From: Candidatus Eiseniibacteriota bacterium
GTDB lineage: Bacteria > Eisenbacteria > RBG-16-71-46 > JABDJR01
Direction of reading: 5' to 3'
DNA: 64,000 bases
Assembly: GCA_963728475.1 (NCBI GenBank)
Contig: CAVSKL010000003.1
Location: 393,573 to 457,572 of the forward strand
The notes under the pieces were generated by a model. The model had not been told where the DNA came from. It ran no database searches and saw only the letters and a list, made by a program, of their open reading frames with translations. The first letter of the stretch is position 1, and every line of letters starts with the position of its first letter. The position numbers and the translations under genes are program-made. Positions 57,229-64,000 of the stretch are shown here, one piece after another.

Positions 57229-58727
57229 ATGAGATTCCGTTCGCTGGCCGCCCTCGTCCTGGTGACGATCCTCGTCGCCGTCAGCTCCGCGGGCGCGGCC
57301 GAATTCGACGAGCTGAAGTCGGAGATCAAGAGCTTCACCCTTCCCAACGGGTTGACCTTCGTGGTCCTGGAGCGGCACGACGCCCCCGTGTTCTCCTTCC
57401 GGACCTACGTGAACGCCGGCGGGGTGGACGAGGTGACGGGGATCACCGGCGTGGCCCACATGTTCGAGCACATGGCCTTCAAGGGCACGCAGACCGTGGG
57501 CACCACCGACTACAAGGGTGAGAAGAAGGCCATGGACGCGGTGGACGCGGCGTGGCAGAAGGTGTCGGACGAGCTGGACAAGGGAGCCGCGGCCGACACC
57601 GTCAAGCTCGCCGGGCTCCGCGCCGATTTCAAGGATGCCCAGGCCGAGGCGCGGAAGTACGTGGTCTCGAACGCCTACAGCAAGACCCTGGAGGAGAACG
57701 GCGCGGTGGGGCTCAACGCCTCCACCTTTACCGACTGGACCCAGTACTACTACAGCCTGCCCTCCAACCGGCTGGAGCTGTGGGCGCGGCTCGAGGGGAC
57801 CGCCTCACCAACCCGGTGCTGCGCGAGTACTACACCGAGCGCGACGTGGTCTACGAGGAGCGCCGGCTCCAGGAGTCCAGCCCCACCGGCCGGCTCTTCC
57901 TGAACTGGATCTCCTCGGCCTACTTCGCCCACCCCTACGGCGTGGGCGGGGTAATCGGCATCGCCTCGGACCTCAAGCGCATCACCCGGGACGACGCCCG
58001 GACGTTCTTCGCCCGCAACTACGTGGCCTCCAACATCTCGGTCGCGGTGGTGGGAGACGTCAAGTTCGACGACGTCAAGCGGTACGCCGAGAAGTATTTC
58101 TCGGGGGTTCACTCCGGGCCCAAACCGCCGCCCCTGCGGTCGGTGGAGCCGCGCCACGAGGCCGAGGTGCGGGTGATCCGCCACGACGACGCCCAGCCCC
58201 TGCTCCTGGTGGGCTACCACATCTGCAGCCGCAAGGACCCGGACTGGTACGCCACCGAGCTTCTCGCCGACATCGCCGGCGGCGGGCGCTCCAGCCGTCT
58301 CTACGACCGGCTGGTGAAGAAGGACAAGATCGCGGCCCAGGCCGGTTCCGGAGCCGGCTTCCTGGGCAATAAGTACCCGGCGCTGCTGGTGGTGCAGGCA
58401 CTGGTGGCCAAGGGCTCCACCACCGATCAGGTGGAGGACGCGACCTACGAGGAGTTGAAGCGGCTGGCCGACGAGGGTCCGACCCAGGCCGAACTCGACA
58501 AGGTGAAGACCGAGGACCGGGCATCCTTCATTCGCGGGCTCCGCTCCAACATGGGATTGGCCGGACAGCTCGCCGAGGCCCAGGGCAAGCTCGGTGACTG
58601 GCATGCCATGTTCGAGTACCTGGACGGCATCAACGCGGTCACCGTCGAGGACGTCCAGCGCGTGGCCGCCGAGACCTTCCGTCCCGGGAACCGGGTGGTC
58701 GGCCTCATCGAGAAGCCCCAGTCATGA
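57229..58727 (+). CDS. M16-family (pitrilysin/insulinase-like) zinc peptidase. The reading frame shifts at a G4 run (~57795-57798), splitting it into track ORFs 57115..57903 and 57552..58727.
   Basis: Signal peptide MRFRSLAALVLVTILVAVSSAGAA. Inverted zinc motif HMFEHMAFKG (HxxEH). Translation continues colinearly in the +1 frame (...LELWARLEG | DRLTNPVLREYYTERDVVYEERRL...). Confidence 0.7.
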
Positions 58728-58777
58728 GCCGCGCAACGACTTCGATCCTGAATTCGCTCCGCAGGGAGGTGGACAGT

Positions 58778-60928
58778 ATGCGTTCGATTCGAATGGGTAA
58801 GGGCTCCGCGGTGCTCCTCGCCGCCGTGGCCTGCCTCTTCCTGGCCGGAAACGTCCTGGCCGCCGGCCCCTTCGGTGATCCGGCCAAGGTCCCGGTTCCG
58901 CCCCTGGGCCAGATCCAGGTGCCGACGCCGGAACGGTACGTGATGGACAACGGGATGGTGGTCTACCTGCTCGAGGACCACGAGTTCCCGCTGGTGGACG
59001 CCCGCGCCCTGGTGCGGGCGGGCTCGATCTACGACCCCACCGACAAGGTGGGGCTGGCTTCGGTGACCGGCACCGTGATGCGGAGCGGGGGCACCAAGAG
59101 CATCTCCGGCGACGACCTCGACGAGAAGCTGGAGTCCATGGGCGCCTCGGTGGAGGTGGACCTGGGCCAGACCCAGGGGACGGCCTCGATGTCGGTGCTG
59201 AGCAAGGACACCCCCGTCGGGATCTCGCTCCTCGCCGACGTGCTCCGCAATCCCGCCTTCCCCCAGGACAAGATCGACCTGGCCAAGAAGCAGGAGAAGA
59301 CGGACATCGCGGGACGGAACGACGAGCCGCTCAACATTCTCATGCGGGAGTTCCCCAAGCTCATCTACGGGCGCGAGCATCCCTACTCGCGCAACACCGA
59401 GTACGCCACCATCGACGCGATCTCCCGCGACGATCTGGTGAAGTACCACCAGGACTTCTTCCACCCCGACCGGATCATCCTCACCGTCTACGGCGACTTC
59501 GATCCGGCCAAGGTGAAGCAGCTCCTGCAGGATTCGTTCGGGGACTGGGCCAAGGCCTCGGCGCCGGTTCCGCCCGATCCCCAGGTGAATCCGAACCCCG
59601 TCACCGGCATGTTCGTGATCAACAAGGAGGGGATGACCAACTCGATGGTGGTGCTGGGCCAGATCGGGATCAAGATGGACGACCCCGACTACCCGGCCCT
59701 GGACGTGTACAACGAGGTGCTGGGCGGCGGCTCGTTCTCCAGCCGTCTGGTGAACGACATTCGCACTAAGCGGGGCCTGGCCTATGCCGCCGGGTCCTCG
59801 GTGGGGGCCGGCCTCCACCACCCGGGGGGAATGGTGTTCTACGCCATCACCCAGACCGATTCGACCGTGGTCACCCTGGGGCTGGTCAAGGACGAACTCG
59901 AGCGCTCGCTGGCCGAGCCTTTCACCGCCGGGGAGGTCCAGCGGGCCAAGGATCAGATCCTGAACGCGCTCGTCTTCGACCTGTCTTCCAAGCGCTCGGT
60001 GCTGAACCGGCTGGCCCAGTACGAGTACTACGGCTACCCGGCCGATTTCCTCCAGAAGTACCAGTCGGCGGTGAAGCAGATCACCCCCGCGGAGGTGCTG
60101 GCCGCGGCCAAGCGCCACGTGAAGTATCCCGAGATGGGCACCCTCATCATCGGGGAGAAGAAGAACTTCGCGGACGCGCTCGGTTCGGTGGGCCCGTATC
60201 AGGACATCGACATCACCATTCCCGAGCCGGCGGCGGAGCTGCCCGAGGCCACCGACGCCGACTTCCAGCGCGGCCAGGCGCTCATGTCCCAGGCGGCCAA
60301 GGCGATGGGCGCCTCCGCCCTGACCAAGGTCAAGGACATGACGGTGGACGAGTCGGGCAGCATCTCCATCCAGGGGATGGAGATCCAGATAGGCTCGACC
60401 ACGGTCAAGAAGCTCCCCGACTGCGAGCGAATGGAGCAGAAGACCCCGATGGGGCAGGTCGTGACCGCGATCTGCGGCGACTCGGGCTGGATGCAGAGCC
60501 CGCGGGGGGTGCAGGACATCCCCGGCCCCGCCCTCGCCGAGCAGAAGTCCGAGAACGAGCGGGACCTGCTCACCTTCCTCACCTCGTATCCGGACATGAA
60601 GATCCAGTCGCTTCCCGACCCCGAGCCGGTCGACGGAAAGCCCGCCGACGTGCTCTTCGTCCACAGCGACGCGGTGAAGCAGTGGAAGGTGTACCTGGAC
60701 AAGGACACCCATCGCATCGTCCGCATGGACTACCGCACCCGCAATCCCATGACCGGTTCCCCGGCCATGGCCCAGGAGACTCTCTCCGACTACCGGACGG
60801 TGTCCGGATTCCAGTGGCCCCACAAGCGGGTGGTGCTCCAGGACGGGGATCCCTTCGCCACCGTCACCGTGAACTCGGTGAAGGTGAATACCGGAGTGCA
60901 GGACTCGGTATTCAAGAAGCCGTCGTGA
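58778..60928 (+). CDS. M16-family peptidase-like protein (second, probably non-catalytic partner subunit, with a C-terminal extension)
   Basis: Two M16 half-domains with no HxxEH motif. Signal peptide MRSIRMGKGSAVLLAAVACLFLAG. GGGAGGTGG RBS. Confidence 0.8.
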   Translation: MRSIRMGKGSAVLLAAVACLFLAGNVLAAGPFGDPAKVPVPPLGQIQVPTPERYVMDNGMVVYLLEDHEFPLVDARALVRAGSIYDPTDKVGLASVTGTVMRSGGTKSISGDDLDEKLESMGASVEVDLGQTQGTASMSVLSKDTPVGISLLADVLRNPAFPQDKIDLAKKQEKTDIAGRNDEPLNILMREFPKLIYGREHPYSRNTEYATIDAISRDDLVKYHQDFFHPDRIILTVYGDFDPAKVKQLLQDSFGDWAKASAPVPPDPQVNPNPVTGMFVINKEGMTNSMVVLGQIGIKMDDPDYPALDVYNEVLGGGSFSSRLVNDIRTKRGLAYAAGSSVGAGLHHPGGMVFYAITQTDSTVVTLGLVKDELERSLAEPFTAGEVQRAKDQILNALVFDLSSKRSVLNRLAQYEYYGYPADFLQKYQSAVKQITPAEVLAAAKRHVKYPEMGTLIIGEKKNFADALGSVGPYQDIDITIPEPAAELPEATDADFQRGQALMSQAAKAMGASALTKVKDMTVDESGSISIQGMEIQIGSTTVKKLPDCERMEQKTPMGQVVTAICGDSGWMQSPRGVQDIPGPALAEQKSENERDLLTFLTSYPDMKIQSLPDPEPVDGKPADVLFVHSDAVKQWKVYLDKDTHRIVRMDYRTRNPMTGSPAMAQETLSDYRTVSGFQWPHKRVVLQDGDPFATVTVNSVKVNTGVQDSVFKKPS

Positions 60929-60984
60929 CCGGCACCCCGCTTTCCTGACGGGCTCCCAGCCCGCCGGAACCGGCCGGGATCCGG

Positions 60985-61021
60985 GGCCCGGGCCGCCGCG
61001 CGCGGCCCGGGCCCTTTTCTT
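60985..61021 (+). terminator. Intrinsic terminator: 12-bp GC stem (ggcccgggccgc / gcggcccgggcc), 5-nt loop, then CTTTTCTT
   Basis: Read in sequence, ~55 nt downstream of the M16 gene stop. Confidence 0.45.
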
Positions 61022-61148
61022 GGGTGGGGTGGGGCCTACGGTGAATCCCCGCGCGGCGCGGGCGGGACCGGACGAGGGCTTGTTCGCCAGGGGCCTCGGG
61101 GGTAGGCTCTCCGGACCCCTCGATACCCACCACCCCGGCCTTCATGCC

Positions 61149-64000
61149 ATGAGAGGAATCGACATGAGATCACGCTTCCCCCTCATCGTGTCGAGCCTGA
61201 CCGCGGTGATGCTCTCGACCGCGGCCCGCTGGACCGATGCGTCTCCCGCCTACTACCGCTATCCCGACATCCATGGCAACCAGATCGTCTTCACCGCGGA
61301 GGCGGATCTATGGGTGGTGCCGGATCAGGGCGGAGTGGCCAGGCGGCTGACCACTCACGTGGGCGACGAGTACTTCCCGCAGTTCTCTCCGGACGGCAAG
61401 TGGATCGCCTTCACCGGGCAATACGACGGGAACAGCGACGTCTACGTGATCCCGGTGGAAGGCGGCGAGCCCCACCGGCTGACCTGGCATCCCGCGACCG
61501 ACCAGGTGGTGGGATGGACCCCCGACGGCAAGGACGTCATCTTCCGCAGCCAGCGCTCCGATCCCAACAACGAATGGGACCTTTACGAGGTGCCGGCGCA
61601 GGGAGGCGATCCGGTGATGCTGCCCCTGGGCTGGGCGGCGCGCATCGACATCGACCCCCAGACCGGGATGTGGGCGTTCAACCGGAAGTCCACCGAGACC
61701 TTCACCTGGAAGCGGTACCGGGGCGGCACCGCCAGCGACATCTGGGTGGGGGATCCGGCCAAGGCCGACTTCAAGCAGGTGACCGACTTCGACGGCACCG
61801 ACGCTTTTCCCATGTGGCACGGGGGGATGATCTACTTCTTGAGCGACCGTGGCGGCACCATGAACATCTGGTCCATGAAGCCGGACGGGACCGGGCTCAA
61901 GCAGCATACCGACTTCAAGGACTTCGACGCCCGCTGGCCCGCCATGGGGGACGACGGCCGCATCGTCTACACCCTGGCCGCCGACATTTACGTTTTCGAC
62001 CCCAAGGACGACTCCGTCCGCAAGGTGAACGTGGATCTCCCCAGCGACCGGGTGCTGACCCGGGTCCGCTACCCCGATCCCGGGAGCTACATCAGCTACT
62101 TCGACCTCTCGCCCGGCGGCGACCGGCTGGCGGTGACCGCCCGGGGCGAGATCTTCTCGATCCCGGCCAAGGACGGGGTGACGCTGCCGGTGTCGCGGGG
62201 GAGCGGCGCCCGTGAGAGCTGGGCCAGCTACGGCCCCGAGGGGAAGAAGATCCTCTACGTGACCGACGCCGGGCACGAGGAGTCGATCCGGACCATCGAC
62301 GCCTGGGGCCGGGGCGAGGCCAAGACCGTGGTCCCGGCCGGCGACCACGGTTGGCACTTCGCGCCGGTGTTGTCCCCGGACGGGAAATGGGTGGCCTACG
62401 GGGACGAGACCCAGACCCTGTACGTGGTGCCCGCCTCCGGCGGGTCGCCCAAGAAGGTGGACAGCGCGCGCCAGGGGCCGATCGCGGACTACTCCTGGAG
62501 CCCCGACGGCCGCTGGCTCGCCTACGACAAGGCGCTCGACAACAACTACAGCTCGGTCTACATCTACGACACCGGTGACGGCAGCGTCCACGAGGTCACC
62601 GGGGCCATGACCAACGACTACGGCCCGAGCTGGGATCCCGACGGGCGCTACCTCTATTTTCTCAGCACCCGCGCCATCAACCCCATTCTCGGAACCCAGG
62701 ACTGGGACAACGTGGAGGCGAAGAACACCCGGCCCTACCTGGTGCTCCTTCGCAAGGACGTGAAGAACCCCCTGGCCGAGCTGGAAGGGATGCCCGCCTC
62801 CGACGACCAGGACCAGGGCAAGTCGGGGGACAAGGACAAGGACAAGAAGGACAAGAAGGACGACGACAAGAAGGGGGACGAGAAGGCGGCTCCCGCGCCG
62901 GTCAAGATCGACTTCGACGGACTCGAGGCGCGGGTGGTGGAGCTTCCCGTGCCGCGGGGCAACTACAACGGGATCTCCGCGACCTCGGACGACGTGTTCT
63001 ACGTCTCGAATCCCATCCACGGGTTCGCCGAGCAGCCGGGCCTGTTCCAGGAGAGCGGGCCGGAGGGGACGCTCATCTCCTTCAACCTGAAGAAGAAGGA
63101 GCCCAAGGACTTCATCACCGGCATCTCCGGATACTCGCTGGCCGCCAAGGCGGGGAAGATCGCGATCATGAAGCGCCCGGGCGAATTCTACGTGGTGGAC
63201 GCGGGCTCGCCTCCCGGCGATCTTTCCGACGCCAAGGTGAGCATGAAGGACGTGGTCATCGATCTGGATCCCCGCGAGGAGTGGGACCAGATGTACTACG
63301 AAGCCTGGCGCCACGAGCGGGACTTCTTCTGGGATGCCGGCATGGGCGGCCTGGACTGGAAGGGCATCCGCGACCGCTATGCGGCGCTCCTCCCCCGCCT
63401 GGCCACCCGGAGCGACCTCCAGGACCTGATCGGTCAGATGATCGGGGAACTCAACAATTCCCACACCTACGTGTTCGGCGGGGACCCGGGAGTCCAGGTG
63501 CCGCACGTCTCGGTGGGGCTCCTGGGGGCCGACGTCCAGAGGGAAGGGAGCGCCTACAAGATCGTGCGGATCTACCACGGGGACCCCGCCGACCGGGTGG
63601 CCGCGCCCCTGGCCGACCCGGGGGTGAACGTGTCGGAGGGCGACTACATCCTGGCCGTCAACCACCGGGCGTTCACCGGCGACCGCCCCTTCCTGGCCTA
63701 CTTCGAGGACATGGCGGGGAAGAACGTGGTCCTGACCGTGAACGGGAAGCCCACCATGGACGGCTCGCGCGAGGTCGTGGTCACCCCCGCCGGGAGCGAG
63801 CACGACCTGCGCTACTCGGACTGGGTGCGCCGGAACCGGGAGTACGTGGCCCGCAAGACCGGCGGCAAGATCGGCTACATCCACATCCCCGACATGTGGA
63901 AGAACGGGCTGATCCAGTTCAATACCTGGTTCTATCCGCAGCTCGACACGGAAGGGATGATCGTGGACAACCGCTGGAACGGCGGCGGCGCGGTCTCGCA
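61149..64000 (+). CDS. Tricorn-protease homolog (S41B family: N-terminal beta-propellers, PDZ, C-terminal catalytic domain). 3' partial, running off the window.
   Basis: Own translation of the plus strand (not in the track because no stop is reached): signal peptide MRSRFPLIVSSLTAVMLSTAARW, TolB-like propeller repeats (...FSPDGKWIAFTG..DVYVIP.EGG...). A K/D-rich linker KDKDKKDKKDDDKKGDEK lies at ~62.82-62.88 kb. Confidence 0.75.
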   Translation, partial: MRGIDMRSRFPLIVSSLTAVMLSTAARWTDASPAYYRYPDIHGNQIVFTAEADLWVVPDQGGVARRLTTHVGDEYFPQFSPDGKWIAFTGQYDGNSDVYVIPVEGGEPHRLTWHPATDQVVGWTPDGKDVIFRSQRSDPNNEWDLYEVPAQGGDPVMLPLGWAARIDIDPQTGMWAFNRKSTETFTWKRYRGGTASDIWVGDPAKADFKQVTDFDGTDAFPMWHGGMIYFLSDRGGTMNIWSMKPDGTGLKQHTDFKDFDARWPAMGDDGRIVYTLAADIYVFDPKDDSVRKVNVDLPSDRVLTRVRYPDPGSYISYFDLSPGGDRLAVTARGEIFSIPAKDGVTLPVSRGSGARESWASYGPEGKKILYVTDAGHEESIRTIDAWGRGEAKTVVPAGDHGWHFAPVLSPDGKWVAYGDETQTLYVVPASGGSPKKVDSARQGPIADYSWSPDGRWLAYDKALDNNYSSVYIYDTGDGSVHEVTGAMTNDYGPSWDPDGRYLYFLSTRAINPILGTQDWDNVEAKNTRPYLVLLRKDVKNPLAELEGMPASDDQDQGKSGDKDKDKKDKKDDDKKGDEKAAPAPVKIDFDGLEARVVELPVPRGNYNGISATSDDVFYVSNPIHGFAEQPGLFQESGPEGTLISFNLKKKEPKDFITGISGYSLAAKAGKIAIMKRPGEFYVVDAGSPPGDLSDAKVSMKDVVIDLDPREEWDQMYYEAWRHERDFFWDAGMGGLDWKGIRDRYAALLPRLATRSDLQDLIGQMIGELNNSHTYVFGGDPGVQVPHVSVGLLGADVQREGSAYKIVRIYHGDPADRVAAPLADPGVNVSEGDYILAVNHRAFTGDRPFLAYFEDMAGKNVVLTVNGKPTMDGSREVVVTPAGSEHDLRYSDWVRRNREYVARKTGGKIGYIHIPDMWKNGLIQFNTWFYPQLDTEGMIVDNRWNGGGAVS

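Noticed and set aside
61308-63884. 858-aa minus-strand ORF and 61310..62215 (+) ORF overlapping the tricorn homolog
   Set aside because: The tricorn frame gives propeller/PDZ/S41 homology throughout. It has no stop in the window, which is why the track omitted it.
1-64000. CRISPR arrays, rRNA/tRNA genes, insertion sequences/transposases
   Set aside because: No regularly spaced direct repeats, no rRNA-like conserved blocks, and no transposase/integrase-like ORFs were seen. The only mobile-element-like signal is the compositional island at 42.7-45.6 kb.

Overview
The window is a 64-kb, high-GC (~70 %), gene-dense fragment from a Gram-negative bacterium. TolC-type and TonB-type proteins, lipoprotein lipoboxes, a T9SS C-terminal sorting domain and beta-propeller histidine kinases point to an FCB-group or Gemmatimonadota-like organism. 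Coordinates come from the supplied ORF track plus codon arithmetic and may be off by 1-2 nt where I located start codons or motifs by reading the sequence directly.

Main content, in order along the window:
- Minus strand, 680-8903: an RND efflux operon (outer-membrane factor, membrane fusion protein, RND pump; starts coupled by GTGA overlaps), a PepSY-like secreted protein, and a cognate OmpR/histidine-kinase pair.
- 9278-11594: a GT2 glycosyltransferase fused to a CE4 deacetylase, with a CE4 pseudogene fragment just upstream.
- Minus strand, 11656-15784: an archaeal-type gatE-gatD pair (Glu-tRNA(Gln) amidotransferase) immediately downstream of a wHTH regulator.
- 16102-21638: an M13 peptidase and a large BNR/sortilin-like protein.
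- 21810-23438: a TonB-C protein and an MBL-fold hydrolase.
- 23671-28920: a marR-ablA-ablB cluster (N-epsilon-acetyl-beta-lysine osmolyte synthesis) followed by a polar amino-acid ABC importer.
- 28939-30672: a DUF2339-type membrane protein.
- 31101-33961: a Pro-rich repeat protein followed by a membrane electron-transfer module (NapC/NrfH-like tetraheme cytochrome c, Tat-exported 4Fe-4S protein, NrfD-like subunit) with no catalytic subunit.
- 34059-35450: an alanine:cation symporter.
- 35681-39310: a kaiC-kaiB-hybrid histidine kinase cluster.
- 39452-42463: a secreted GH57 glycosidase carrying a T9SS sorting domain.
- 42.7-45.6 kb: a lower-GC island containing a multiply frameshifted lipoprotein gene (Fn3-like repeats plus beta-helix) and a wHTH/nucleotidyltransferase toxin-antitoxin-like pair.
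- 45672-53077: a membrane protein, a NUDIX hydrolase, an esterase, two ABC-2 half-transporter pairs, and a secreted-protein/methyltransferase pair.
- 53224-64000: a NarL-type regulator with a beta-propeller histidine kinase, two M16 peptidases (the first frameshifted) and a tricorn-protease homolog running off the window.

Several genes carry frameshifts at short homopolymer runs. This could be genuine gene decay or indel error in the assembly. Many long antisense ORFs in the track are artefacts of the high GC content.
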